From: an uncultured Aliiroseovarius sp.
Lineage (GTDB): Bacteria > Pseudomonadota > Alphaproteobacteria > Rhodobacterales > Rhodobacteraceae
Reading direction: 5' to 3'
Assembly: GCA_964550345.1 (NCBI GenBank)
Contig: CAZJYZ010000009.1
Coordinates: forward strand, 16,424-80,423
Length of the DNA stretch: 64,000 bases
The notes under the pieces are model-generated. The model searched no databases and was not told where the DNA came from. It saw only the letters and a program-made list of their open reading frames with translations. Every line of letters begins with the position of its first letter. The stretch's first letter is position 1. This document shows positions 1-9,963 of the stretch, in pieces. Both the position numbers and the translations under genes were made by a program.

Positions 1-2181
1 GAAACCGGCCTGGCCTGCGACTGGAAGCAAACTGGCTCATTGCGTCTGGCAGCGTCACATGACCGTCTACTGGAGGCCAAACGGCTGACCACCATGGCGC
101 GTTCCTTTGGGTTGGAAATGCAAGTGATCACCCCAGCCGAAGCACAGGCGCTGTTCCCTTATATTTCAACCGAGGACCTGCACGGTGCAGCCTTTATTCC
201 GTCTGATGGTCATGTAGACCCCGGCGGATTGTGCATGTCCATCGCCGCCGGTGCGCGCCTGCACGGCGCCGACCTGCGGCAAGGGGTGGAGGTGCTGGAT
301 TTTCACGTCTCTGACGGGCGTATCACCGGCGTGGAAACCACCGAAGGTCTGTGGCAGGGCGAAAGCGTCACCCTTGCCAGTGGCATGTGGAGCCGTGAGT
401 TGGCTGCAAAGCTAGGACTGGTGGTCCCCGCCTGCGCCGTGGAACATCAATACATCGTCACCGAACCAATCCCGGATTTCCCCGACGGGCTCCCCACACT
501 GCGTGACCCGGACAGGCTGGTCTATTACAAACCCGATGCGGGTGGGCGGTTGGTTATTGGTGGTTATGAAGATGACACTGTGCCATTTGGCGAAAGTGGC
601 ATTCCCGGTCGATTTGTACGCCAGTTACTACCCGACAATCTGGAACGCTTTGCCCCCTTGGCCGAGATGGCCGCCATTACCACACCTGTGGTCAATGAGG
701 TTGGCATCAGGCAGGTGATCAACGGTCCGATCCCCTATTCCGCCGATGGGGATTTTGTCATGGGACCTGTGCCGGGTTTTGACAATCTGATGCTGGCGAC
801 CGGGTTCCTCTATGGGATTGCCGCGGGCGGCGGCGCCGGTGAAATGATCGCCGAATGGCTGATCGAAGGCCGCCCCAGCCTTGACCTGTGGCCGCTGGAT
901 AATCGCCGGTTCGGTCCTCATCACGGCAGCCGCGCTTTCATGTATCCCCGCGCAGTGGAACATTACGCCCACCATTACAAAATGCGCTATCCTGGTGCCG
1001 AAGCGGAAACCGCGCGCGAATTACGCCTTTCCCCCCTTTATGAACGTCTGAAAGACAAAGGTGCTGTCTATGGCTCAAAAAATGGCTGGGAGCGACCTTT
1101 GTGGTTTGCCCCTGAAGGGGTCGATCCTGTTGATCAACTTGATTTCCTGAACCCCGGCTGGAAAACTTATGTGGCTGAAGAACACAAAGCGGTACGCGAG
1201 AGCGTGGCTTTGTGTGATCAATCGAGTTTTGCCAAATTTGAGCTGGTTGGCCCCGGTGCTCTGGCTGCCATTCAGAACCTTGCCGTATCGAATATGGACA
1301 AGCCCGTTGGCGCTGTGATCTACACCCAGCTTTGCAATGATACCGGTGGGATCGAGGCCGATGTGACCATCACCCGGCTGGGGAAAAACCATTTTTACAT
1401 CGTCACCGGTGCCGGATTTGGCGTGCATGACAGCGATTGGATCCGCAAGCATTTGCCGGATGATGCCGTGCTCAGCGAAGTAATCTCGGCGCGCGCAGTC
1501 ATCAATATTATGGGGCCAAAGGCACGCGGCGTACTGGACGCCGCCTCGGAAAGCGACATTTCAAACGCCGCTTTCCCATTCGCCACCATGCGCGATATTT
1601 TCATCGGCGCCGCCCCGGTGCGCGCCATCCGCATTGGCTATGTCGGTGAGCTGGGGTGGGAGCTGCACGTACCCACGGAATTTGCCGCCCATGTCTATGA
1701 TCTGCTCTGCCACCATGGTGCGGAACACGGCATCCGCGACATCGGCTACCGTGCCATAGAAAGCTTGCGTCTAGAAAAGGGTTATCTTTACTGGAGCGCC
1801 GACATCACACCCGATTATACGCCCATTGAGGCGGGCCTGTCAGCGCGCGTCCACCTGAAATCCAAGGGTTATTTTTTGGGCCGCGACGTGCTGGAAGCTC
1901 AGAAAACCAATGGCGTTTCGCGCAAACTTTGCTGCTTTACCTCGGACAAATCCCTGCCGCTTTATGGCGGCGAGACCATTCTGTCAGGTAGCAAGGTCGT
2001 TTCTCTGGCAACCAGCGCTGGCTTTGGCTTCACCACCGAAAAAACCATCCTTTACGGATACCTCGAAAAGGACCAGTGGGAACGGGAAGAATTTGAACTG
2101 GAAGCCTTTGGTGAAAGGTACAGGATTCACCGTGTCGAGGCGCCGCTGTATGACCCGCAAAACGCACGTTTAAAAGCATAG
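1..2181 (+). CDS. FAD-dependent oxidoreductase fused to a GcvT-type aminomethyltransferase domain (dimethylglycine/sarcosine dehydrogenase family); 5' end cut by the window
   Basis: Frame 1 is open from base 1 (ETGLACDWKQTGSLRLAASHD...), so the listed Met at 40 is internal. The N-terminal half looks like a DAO-type FAD domain. The C-terminal half looks GcvT-like (GYRAIESLRLEKGYLYW, GGETILSGSKVVSLATSAGFG). Stop TAG at 2179-2181. Confidence 0.85.
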   Translation, partial: ETGLACDWKQTGSLRLAASHDRLLEAKRLTTMARSFGLEMQVITPAEAQALFPYISTEDLHGAAFIPSDGHVDPGGLCMSIAAGARLHGADLRQGVEVLDFHVSDGRITGVETTEGLWQGESVTLASGMWSRELAAKLGLVVPACAVEHQYIVTEPIPDFPDGLPTLRDPDRLVYYKPDAGGRLVIGGYEDDTVPFGESGIPGRFVRQLLPDNLERFAPLAEMAAITTPVVNEVGIRQVINGPIPYSADGDFVMGPVPGFDNLMLATGFLYGIAAGGGAGEMIAEWLIEGRPSLDLWPLDNRRFGPHHGSRAFMYPRAVEHYAHHYKMRYPGAEAETARELRLSPLYERLKDKGAVYGSKNGWERPLWFAPEGVDPVDQLDFLNPGWKTYVAEEHKAVRESVALCDQSSFAKFELVGPGALAAIQNLAVSNMDKPVGAVIYTQLCNDTGGIEADVTITRLGKNHFYIVTGAGFGVHDSDWIRKHLPDDAVLSEVISARAVINIMGPKARGVLDAASESDISNAAFPFATMRDIFIGAAPVRAIRIGYVGELGWELHVPTEFAAHVYDLLCHHGAEHGIRDIGYRAIESLRLEKGYLYWSADITPDYTPIEAGLSARVHLKSKGYFLGRDVLEAQKTNGVSRKLCCFTSDKSLPLYGGETILSGSKVVSLATSAGFGFTTEKTILYGYLEKDQWEREEFELEAFGERYRIHRVEAPLYDPQNARLKA

Positions 2182-2281
2182 GAGAAGGACAATTCCGGAA
2201 AATCAAAAAGTCGTTCACGCCGCCATTCTGAACCTCCCGCAATTTGCCGGGTCCAGTCCGGATGACTATAAAACCACACGG

Positions 2282-3112
2282 TTGGGCGGGCTGACAAATC
2301 TGGTTTACCGCGTTGAAACTGCTGGTGAAACTGTGGTTGTGCGCATCCCCGGCGCAGGAACCGAGGAATATATTGACCGTGCCGTGGAGCTGCATAACGC
2401 ACATGTGGCTGCAAGAGCCGGAGTTTCTGCCGAAGTGCTGTGGGCGGACGCAAAATCCGGCGTGATGATCGCGCAAAGCCTGGACCCGATCACAACTATG
2501 ACGCCTGACTTGTTCACCTCGATAGAGGGCGCCCCCGCACGCGCGGGCATCGCCTTTGCCAAACTCCACAATTGCGGCGAAGCGTTCGAGTTTCGGTTTG
2601 AACTCTTCGCCATGATCGATGAATATTTGGGGATACTTTCCGGCAAGGAAACAAACCTGCCTGATGGGTATCATGACATTGTTAAAGCAGCCGAACCGGT
2701 GAAAAAGGCACTGGCAGACAATCCGACACCACTGGCCCCCTGCCACAATGACCCGCTTTGCGAAAACTTTCTGGATGATGGCAGCCGGATGTGGATTGTC
2801 GACTGGGAATATAGCGGCATGAATGACCCGCTATGGGACCTTGGCGACCTGTCGGTCGAGGGCGGGTTTTCTGATGAACATGACATGGAAATGCTGCGTG
2901 CTTATTTCGGCCGCGATCCGTCCGGGGCCGAGCTTGGGCGCATGGTGATTTACAAGGCGATGTGCGACTTGCTGTGGACCCTTTGGGGTCTGATCCAACA
3001 TGCCGATGGCAACCCGGCCGAGGATTTCTGGGCCTATTCTGTCGAGCGGTTTGAACGCTGCAAAGCGCTGATGCAAAGCCCGCAATTTGAAAGCCACCTG
3101 AAGGCGATCTGA
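2282..3112 (+). CDS. Choline/ethanolamine-kinase-like phosphotransferase (APH fold)
   Basis: Catalytic loop HNDPLCENF (HxDxxxxN) and kinase motif IVDWEYSGMNDPLWDLGDL. The listed start is a TTG. The same frame stays open and coding-like back to 2183 with no ATG/GTG, so the true start is uncertain. Confidence 0.75.
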   Translation: MGGLTNLVYRVETAGETVVVRIPGAGTEEYIDRAVELHNAHVAARAGVSAEVLWADAKSGVMIAQSLDPITTMTPDLFTSIEGAPARAGIAFAKLHNCGEAFEFRFELFAMIDEYLGILSGKETNLPDGYHDIVKAAEPVKKALADNPTPLAPCHNDPLCENFLDDGSRMWIVDWEYSGMNDPLWDLGDLSVEGGFSDEHDMEMLRAYFGRDPSGAELGRMVIYKAMCDLLWTLWGLIQHADGNPAEDFWAYSVERFERCKALMQSPQFESHLKAI

Positions 3113-3157
3113 ACGTGCAAAGGGAGACATTGACGCCGCCGCCCCAGCACCGTGGCT

Positions 3158-4564
3158 CTACAACCCTGCGACGTAGCCCATTGCATCATCCAGCGTCCGT
3201 TCCATGGCGTCGAACATGTCGTTCACCTGCGCTTCGTTGATGATCAGCGGCGGGCAGAACGCGATGCTGTCATTCAGCAATGGGCGTACGATCAGACCGT
3301 GTTCGGTGGCGCGCTCGGCCACCCAAGCGCCGACCTTGTGGGCAGGGTCAAAGTTTTGGCGCGCGTCTTTGTCTGCCACCAGTTCCAACGCGCCGATCAA
3401 ACCCAGCCCACGTGCTTCTCCCACCAATGGGTGATCCGCAAAAGCCTTCAGGCGTTTTTGGAAGGGCACAGCCACGTCCTTTACATGCGCGCCGATCTGA
3501 CGTTCCTGATAAATCCGCTGGGTTTCCAGCGCCACCGCCGCCGGAACCGGGTGGCCGGAATATGTAAAGCCGGTACCGAAAAGGCCGTATTTGCGGCTGC
3601 CTTCGACCAGAACGTCATAGATTTTCTCGTTCATCATCACCGCGCCAATGGGCTGGTAGGCCGCTGAAAGCTGTTTGGCCATGGTGATCAGATCAGGTTT
3701 CAGCCCGTAAGTCTCAGTTGCGAACATATTGCCGGTACGAAAAAAGCCCGAGATAACCTCATCAACGATAAAGAGGATGTCATATTCGTCCAGAATGGAT
3801 TGGATTTTCTCGAAGTATCCCTTGGGCGGCTCAATGACGCCGCCAGCACCAAGGAACGGTTCAGCGATAAAGGCGGCAATGGTTTCGGGGCCTTCGCGCT
3901 GGATTAAATCCTCAAGATTTGCGGCCAGACGGCTTGCGTAAGCCTCTTCACTCTCGCCATCTTCGCCAAAGTGATAATAGTGCGGGCTGTCCGTGTGCAT
4001 GATGTTATTAATCGGCACGTCAAAGGCGTTTTGCGCATATTGCAGCCCGGTCAGGCTGGCCGCGGCAACGGTGATACCGTGATATGCGCCACGCCTTGCG
4101 ATGATCTTTTTCTTTTCAGGGCGTCCAAGGATGTTGTTGTAATACCAGACCAGTTTGACCTGGGTGTCATTCGCCTCGGACCCGGAATTGGTGAAGAACA
4201 CCTTGGACATGGGCACCGGTGCATGCTCCACCAGAAAATCCGCCAGTTCAATCGCAGGCTCCACAGCTTTATGGGCGAAGTTATGATAGAACGGCAGGGT
4301 TTCCATCTGCTTTGTGGCAGCTTCGACCAGCCGTTTTTCGCTGAACCCAAGCGAGGCACACCACAGCCCGGAAAGTCCCTCGATATACTTCTTACCGTCA
4401 TCGTCAAAAACGTAAATTCCTTCGCCGCGCTGAAAAATGTGCGGGCCGCGATCTGCATGCGCCGCGAGGTTGGTGTAAGGGTGTAGATGCGAGGCAATAT
4501 CGCGGGCATGCGGGGAGTTGGGAGAGTGGTTCATGTGATTCTCGCTATATAGAGGGCAAGCCAT
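3158..4564 (-). CDS. Class III (omega-type) PLP aminotransferase, SpuC/beta-alanine-pyruvate transaminase-like
   Basis: N-terminal HLHPYTNL motif, GSEANDT, DEVISGF and the PLP-lysine region DLITMAKQLSAAYQPIG. An alternative ATG at 4534 (MNHSPN...) is at least as plausible as 4564. Confidence 0.9.
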   Translation of the reverse strand: MACPLYSENHMNHSPNSPHARDIASHLHPYTNLAAHADRGPHIFQRGEGIYVFDDDGKKYIEGLSGLWCASLGFSEKRLVEAATKQMETLPFYHNFAHKAVEPAIELADFLVEHAPVPMSKVFFTNSGSEANDTQVKLVWYYNNILGRPEKKKIIARRGAYHGITVAAASLTGLQYAQNAFDVPINNIMHTDSPHYYHFGEDGESEEAYASRLAANLEDLIQREGPETIAAFIAEPFLGAGGVIEPPKGYFEKIQSILDEYDILFIVDEVISGFFRTGNMFATETYGLKPDLITMAKQLSAAYQPIGAVMMNEKIYDVLVEGSRKYGLFGTGFTYSGHPVPAAVALETQRIYQERQIGAHVKDVAVPFQKRLKAFADHPLVGEARGLGLIGALELVADKDARQNFDPAHKVGAWVAERATEHGLIVRPLLNDSIAFCPPLIINEAQVNDMFDAMERTLDDAMGYVAGL

Positions 4565-4597
4565 TGGTGCTCGCCAAAAGTCACTCCGTCAAGCGGT

Positions 4598-4999
4598 TCA
4601 AACTGCTAATTGCGCTAACATCTTTGCACGAACTTCATCCGGCCAGGGCATTGGGCGTTGGTCAAGGCCGATGCGCACCAGAGCTGAGCGCGCGGTGAAG
4701 CGCACCTCCGCGCCGCTCGACGCTTCATAAGTCAGGCCAAGCGATGTGCGCCCGACCTTGGAGCAGGCCAGGGTTATTTCCAGAAGTTCGCCAAGGCGAC
4801 CGGGGCTCTTGAACTGGGTTGATATATCAACCGTCGGCACCGCACCGTCTTTGTGCAATTCGACAAACGAAAACCCTAAAGCCTCATCAAAAAACGCTTC
4901 GTTACAATCATTTATCATCTCAAAATAGCGAGGAAAGAAGACGATACCGGCCATATCGCAATGCTTGAATTGGATTTTTTGCCGAAAGACAAAAGCCAA
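4598..4999 (-). CDS. 4HBT/YbgC-type hotdog acyl-CoA thioesterase
   Basis: FKHCDMAGIVFFPRYFEMINDCNEAFF is a typical 4-hydroxybenzoyl-CoA-thioesterase N-terminus. The track ORF start at 5092 would overlap the upstream ABC ATPase by 92 nt. An in-frame TTG at 4997-4999 lies 1 nt after that gene's TGA (5001-5003) and gives a family-typical 133 aa. Confidence 0.7.
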   Translation of the reverse strand: MAFVFRQKIQFKHCDMAGIVFFPRYFEMINDCNEAFFDEALGFSFVELHKDGAVPTVDISTQFKSPGRLGELLEITLACSKVGRTSLGLTYEASSGAEVRFTARSALVRIGLDQRPMPWPDEVRAKMLAQLAV

Positions 5000-5000
5000 A

Positions 5001-5690
5001 TCAGACCCCCAGGTAGCGGTCGGTGACGTCTGGGGTGAGTTCTGAAAATGCACCATTCCAGACCGAGCGACCTTTTTCCAAAATGACCGCACTGTCAGCT
5101 ATGGTAGAAAGCTCCTTGATGGATTTGTCCACAACGATAATGGCCAGCCCGGTTTCCGCCTTGAGTTTTGCGATTGCCGCCCAGATTTCCTGACGGACCA
5201 CCGGGGCCAGACCTTCGGTCGCTTCATCAAGGATCAAAAGCCGTGGGTTGGTCATCAGGGCGCGGCCAATCGCCAGCATTTGTTGTTCGCCCCCTGACAG
5301 GGAGGCCGCCATCTGCTCGCGCCGCTCTGCCAGACGGGGGAACAGCCCCGTCACTGATGCGAAATCCCACGCGCCCGGACGCGCCGCGGCTATCAGGTTT
5401 TCATAGACATTCAGGTTTGGAAAACAACGCCGCCCTTCAGGCACCAGCCCAATCCCGGCACGCGCGGCCTTGTATGAGGGCATCGGCCCCAGATCATGGC
5501 TGTCAAACACAACCGTGCCGCCGCGATGCTTAAGCAAGCGACAGATCACTTTGACGGTCGTGGATTTACCCATGCCATTGCGCCCCATCAGGGCCAGAAC
5601 TTCGCCCTCGGCAAGGGTCAGATGTACGTCACTCAGCGCCTGTGACGGCCCATAAAACGCCGCAACATTGGCCAGTTTCAGAAGGCTCAT
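5001..5690 (-). CDS. HAAT-family (Liv-type) ABC transporter ATP-binding protein, LivF-like
   Basis: Walker A GRNGMGKST, signature LSGGEQQM, Walker B LLILDE. Overlaps the upstream ATPase gene by 4 nt. Confidence 0.9.
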   Translation of the reverse strand: MSLLKLANVAAFYGPSQALSDVHLTLAEGEVLALMGRNGMGKSTTVKVICRLLKHRGGTVVFDSHDLGPMPSYKAARAGIGLVPEGRRCFPNLNVYENLIAAARPGAWDFASVTGLFPRLAERREQMAASLSGGEQQMLAIGRALMTNPRLLILDEATEGLAPVVRQEIWAAIAKLKAETGLAIIVVDKSIKELSTIADSAVILEKGRSVWNGAFSELTPDVTDRYLGV

Positions 5691-6448
5691 GCCTCGTCCT
5701 CCTGCCCCAGATAAGCGCTTTGCACTTCAGGATTGGTGCGGATTTCATCCGCCGTACCCGTGGCAATGACCGCACCGTAGACCAATACGCTGATCCGGTC
5801 AGCAAGGGCAAAAACCGCGTCCATGTCATGTTCCACCAGCAAAATCGGCGCCTGATGGCGCAGCCCGTCAAGAAAGCCCATCAGCCGTTTGGTGCCCGAG
5901 GCGCCCAGCCCCGCCATCGGTTCGTCCATCAAAAAGACCTTGGGCTGCAGTGTAAGGGCCACCGCCACCTCGACCTGACGCCTCTGCCCGTGGGAAAGGT
6001 CAGCGGTGCGCATGGAGGCCAGATCCTGCAGGCCAACCTGTTCAAGGGCGGCCATGCCTGCGTCCACAAGTTCCTTGTCTTTCATCACATTGCGGAAAAA
6101 GCGGTAAATATTGCCGCGTTGACCAAGACTGCCCAGCACCACGTTTTGCAGCACCGTGTATTCCATCGCCAGTGAGGAAATCTGAAAGGTACGCCCCAGC
6201 CCCAGCCGTGCGCGCATCACCGTGCCCAGACTGGTGACATCATTGCCATCGAACCAGACCGTTCCGCTGTCAGGTGCCTGATTGCCGGCAATCTGTCGGA
6301 TCAGCGTCGATTTACCCGCGCCATTCGGGCCGATCAGGGCGTGAATTTCACCGGGCTTCAAATCCAGCGTCACATTGTTCGAGGCGATCAGCGCGCCATA
6401 GGATTTGGTGATCCCGCGTATGTCCAGGATGGGCTTAGTCATGGGCAA
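5687..6448 (-). CDS. HAAT-family ABC transporter ATP-binding protein, LivG-like
   Basis: Walker A GPNGAGKST, signature LSHGQRRQ, Walker B VFLMDEP. Confidence 0.9.
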   Translation of the reverse strand: MPMTKPILDIRGITKSYGALIASNNVTLDLKPGEIHALIGPNGAGKSTLIRQIAGNQAPDSGTVWFDGNDVTSLGTVMRARLGLGRTFQISSLAMEYTVLQNVVLGSLGQRGNIYRFFRNVMKDKELVDAGMAALEQVGLQDLASMRTADLSHGQRRQVEVAVALTLQPKVFLMDEPMAGLGASGTKRLMGFLDGLRHQAPILLVEHDMDAVFALADRISVLVYGAVIATGTADEIRTNPEVQSAYLGQEDEA

Positions 6449-7418
6449 CTTCCCGACCTGCCAGCAGTCCGATCAGCCCACCGCGCGCAAAAAGAACCAC
6501 AACCAGCAACAGCCCGCCAAGATAGATGTGCCAATACTCACTCAACCCACCAAGGAAGTGTTCCAACATAATAAACAAGGCAGCCCCGGCAACCGGGCCA
6601 AACAAACGTGCAACCCCGCCCAGAATGACGAAAACCATGATCTCACCCGAGGTATGCCAGGAAAACATGGTGGGGCTGACGAAACGGTTGAGATCGGCAA
6701 ACAACGCACCGGCAAGACCGGTAATCGCGCCGGAAATGATAAATGCGACCAGACGCAGGCGATAAGGCTCAATGCCGACAGCCTGCACCCGTTTTTCGTT
6801 ATGCCGGGCCGCTGACAGGGCCAGACCGAACGAGGATTGCGCCAGCCGAGACATCAGGAACAAGACGACGGCAAGAATGCCAAAGCACAGCAGGAAAAAC
6901 TGCAGCGGCACCAGCGTGTTAAGCCCCGGGAAATTATTGCGCACATAGATTGAAAGCCCGTCTTCACCACCGTAAGCGGGCCACGAGATGGTGAAGTAGT
7001 AAAACATCTGCGCGAAGGCCAGCGTGATCATGATGAAATAGACGCCCGAAGTGCGCAGGGACAGCGCCCCAATCAATAGGGCCGCAAGGGCAGAGGCTAT
7101 GATGGCCACGAGCCAGATCACTGGCATTGATTTGGTGCCTTCCAGCACAAAGGGCCATTCCATCAGCGGTGTATAGCTTTGCGCGTGACTGGCAAGAATG
7201 CCCATCGCATAACCGCCAATGCCGAAAAACACCGCATGGCCAAAGCTGACAAGTCCCCCGAAACCTAAGGCGAGGTTAAGCCCCACACCTGCCAGCGCAA
7301 ATATGGCTACGCGGGTGGCAAGGGTGATGGTAAAGGGCTCGTCCGCCCAATATGCCCAAAGCGGCACGCCCAGAAGGGCGGCGAAAACGATTGCATTGAT
7401 CAGACCTTCACGCCGCAT
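6435..7418 (-). CDS. HAAT-family ABC transporter permease, LivM-like
   Basis: 327-aa polytopic membrane protein located between LivH-like and LivG-like genes. Confidence 0.85.
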   Translation of the reverse strand: MRREGLINAIVFAALLGVPLWAYWADEPFTITLATRVAIFALAGVGLNLALGFGGLVSFGHAVFFGIGGYAMGILASHAQSYTPLMEWPFVLEGTKSMPVIWLVAIIASALAALLIGALSLRTSGVYFIMITLAFAQMFYYFTISWPAYGGEDGLSIYVRNNFPGLNTLVPLQFFLLCFGILAVVLFLMSRLAQSSFGLALSAARHNEKRVQAVGIEPYRLRLVAFIISGAITGLAGALFADLNRFVSPTMFSWHTSGEIMVFVILGGVARLFGPVAGAALFIMLEHFLGGLSEYWHIYLGGLLLVVVLFARGGLIGLLAGREVAHD

Positions 7419-7419
7419 C

Positions 7420-8337
7420 TTATGTGTCCCCGTAAAGGCCGGTGGGCTTGAACAACAACACCCCCGCCATCAGAATATATATCGACATGGAGGCCAGTGA
7501 TGATCCGACTGAAGTAGCCGCCGAGGCATCCATGAAGGTGCCAAAAAAGGTCGGCAATAAGGTACGCCCCAGCGTATCGGTCAACCCCACCAGAATGGCC
7601 CCGACCAAAGCGCCTTTTATCGACCCAATACCGCCAATGACGATGACGACAAAGGCAAGGATCAAAACAGGCTCTCCCATCCCTACCTGCACCGATTGAA
7701 TGGCGCCGATCAGGGCGCCTGCAAACCCGGCAAGGGCAGCGCCCAGCGCGAAAACGATGGTATAAAGCCGTGAGATATTGACGCCAAGCGCGCCGATCAT
7801 TTCGCGGTCACTTTCGCCTGCACGGATCTGAATGCCGATGCGGGTTTTGGCGATCAGGGCGAAGAGGCCCACCGCCACGACCAGCCCTATCAGGATGATC
7901 GTCAACCGATAGAGCGGGTATTCAATGCCTCCGGGCAATGTGACCGGGCCGGACAAATAAGACGGCACATCCAAAAACAGCGGGAACGAGCCAAAGACCC
8001 AACGCGTGCCTTCCGAAAACACCAGTATCAGCGCAAAGGTCGCCAGCACCTGATCAAGGTGGTCGCGGTTATAAAGGCGGCGAATGATCGTTAGCTCAAC
8101 CAATGATCCGGCGATTGCAGCTGCCGCAAGGCTGGCAATCAAGGCCAGCAGGAATGAACCTGTAGCCCCGGCCACTGCAGCCGCCGCGAAGGCGCCGATC
8201 ATATAAAGCGAGCCATGCGCCAGATTGATCAGCCCCATGACGCCAAAGATCAGCGTCAGGCCAGCTGCCATCAAAAACAGCATCACACCCGATTGCAACC
8301 CGTTCAGGACCTGTTCGATGAAAAGTATGAGGGACAT
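7420..8337 (-). CDS. HAAT-family ABC transporter permease, LivH-like
   Basis: 305-aa polytopic membrane protein with a typical LivH N-terminus (FIEQVLNGLQSGVMLFLMAAGLTLIFGVMGLINLAHG). Confidence 0.85.
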   Translation of the reverse strand: MSLILFIEQVLNGLQSGVMLFLMAAGLTLIFGVMGLINLAHGSLYMIGAFAAAAVAGATGSFLLALIASLAAAAIAGSLVELTIIRRLYNRDHLDQVLATFALILVFSEGTRWVFGSFPLFLDVPSYLSGPVTLPGGIEYPLYRLTIILIGLVVAVGLFALIAKTRIGIQIRAGESDREMIGALGVNISRLYTIVFALGAALAGFAGALIGAIQSVQVGMGEPVLILAFVVIVIGGIGSIKGALVGAILVGLTDTLGRTLLPTFFGTFMDASAATSVGSSLASMSIYILMAGVLLFKPTGLYGDT

Positions 8338-8388
8338 TTACTGTGTTCCAGATTGCCGGGCTGCTATGACACAGCCCGGCAAGTTATC

Positions 8389-9525
8389 TTACATGCTGCA
8401 ATCTGCTGCATAGACGTCCGTGTGATTTTCACTGGCAACGCCGATCAGCTGGTTGGTCACGATGTCACCTTCCTTGACCACTTCACGCATATAGATGGTC
8501 TGGATCGGGTGATTGTTCGGGCCAAAGGCAAAGTCGCCGCGCGGGGAGACAAAATCCGCCGCTTTCAGCGCTGCACGGAATGCATCCGCATCCGCGACAT
8601 CGGCCGTGGCCATTGCCGAAGCGATCAGCAGCCCGGTGTCAAAACCCTGCTCAGCATAAAGCGACGGCAGGCGGCCATATTCAGCCTGGAAGCTTTCAAC
8701 AAAGGCCGCGTTGGCTGCGTTGTCTAGATCTTTGGACCAGTGCGAAGTGTTCTTCACGCCCAAAGCCGCATCACCAATCGCACCAAGGATACCCTGGTCA
8801 AAGCTGAACGCAGGCCCCATCACCGGTGTATCGGCACCAGAACCGGCATATTGCTTCATAAATGAAATCCCCATGCCGCCAGGCAGGAAGTAATAGATCA
8901 TGTCAGCATCCGAGGCGCGCATCTGCGCGATCTCGGCGGCATAATCTGTCTGGCCAAGCTTGGTATAGACTTCCTCGGTGACTTCACCATTAAACGTGCG
9001 TTTGAAGCCCGCGATCATGTCTTTGCCCGCCGGATAGTTTGGTGCCAGTAAGAAGACTTTGCCAATCCCCTGATCCGAGGCATATGCACCAGCGGCTTCG
9101 TTGAACGCGTCATTCTGCCAGGAAACGTTGAAATAGTTTTCATGACAGCCTTTGCCAGCAAGACCGGAAGGACCGGCATTTGGCGACAGGTAGAATTTGC
9201 CCTGCGCGGTAACCGATGGCACCACAGCCATGGCAAGGTTGGACCAGATTATACCCGTCAACAGGTCGACACGGTCAGACTGGATCATTCTGTCGGCCAG
9301 TTGCACGGCCACGTCCGGCTTGCGCTGGTCGTCTTCGATAATCACTTCGATATCGCTGCGCCCCGATTGCGCGACCGCCAGCATGAAGCCATCACGCACG
9401 TCGATACCCAGCCCTGCACCGCCGCCAGAAAGCGTCGTGATCATACCGACTTTAATGCCCTCAGCCGTCGCACCACTGGCCAACGCCGCCATACCGGCCG
9501 CAAGTAGCAATGATTTCAATTTCAT
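8389..9525 (-). CDS. Periplasmic substrate-binding protein of the Liv-type ABC transporter (type I PBP)
   Basis: Signal peptide MKLKSLLLAAGMAALASGATA, then IKVGMITTLSGGGAGLG. RBS GGGAGA lies upstream of the ATG at 9525. First gene of the minus-strand operon. Confidence 0.85.
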   Translation of the reverse strand: MKLKSLLLAAGMAALASGATAEGIKVGMITTLSGGGAGLGIDVRDGFMLAVAQSGRSDIEVIIEDDQRKPDVAVQLADRMIQSDRVDLLTGIIWSNLAMAVVPSVTAQGKFYLSPNAGPSGLAGKGCHENYFNVSWQNDAFNEAAGAYASDQGIGKVFLLAPNYPAGKDMIAGFKRTFNGEVTEEVYTKLGQTDYAAEIAQMRASDADMIYYFLPGGMGISFMKQYAGSGADTPVMGPAFSFDQGILGAIGDAALGVKNTSHWSKDLDNAANAAFVESFQAEYGRLPSLYAEQGFDTGLLIASAMATADVADADAFRAALKAADFVSPRGDFAFGPNNHPIQTIYMREVVKEGDIVTNQLIGVASENHTDVYAADCSM

Positions 9526-9963
9526 CTCGTATCTCCCATGTTGTTTGATTTTTTGCGCGCCTTTGAACCATAGCTGGCACCAATTTGGTGTGAAATCCTT
9601 TCAGATCAGCACTTGGAATTCGCAGCCCCCCGGTTCTCCCGCTCCTGCTTGTTGCAGGTAACAACGACAGGTTAGCGCAACACATCCTTCAGGTCGAGAC
9701 CAGTTTAAACTTAAAGAAAAGAATGCCACCCAATGCGAAAACCACCACGACATCAAAGCCGCTATCCAAACCTTGACACAGGCATGAAACCGGAAAAAAT
9801 CGGCGTGGCAAAAAACACTAAAATGACCCATTGATTGATCTGCCTCATAGCCCTAAGGGGGGCTTGGGCGGTATACTTCATCGCTGGGTGTTTTTGGCGC
9901 CCTGACGGGTGGGGTATGCGCTGCATGCACTGAAAATAGGATTTCTGGGACGGGGATACCGGC

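Noticed and set aside
5000-5092. Long form of the thioesterase ORF, overlapping the LivF-like gene.
   Set aside because: The 92-nt overlap is unlikely. The in-frame TTG at 4999 gives the family-typical length and a coupled arrangement.
9575-9589. Sigma54-like element TGGCAC-N5-TGGTG on the plus strand upstream of PiT.
   Set aside because: The -12 element does not match TTGC(A/T). It lies about 375 nt from the PiT start and points away from the liv operon. No enhancer-binding-protein gene is nearby.
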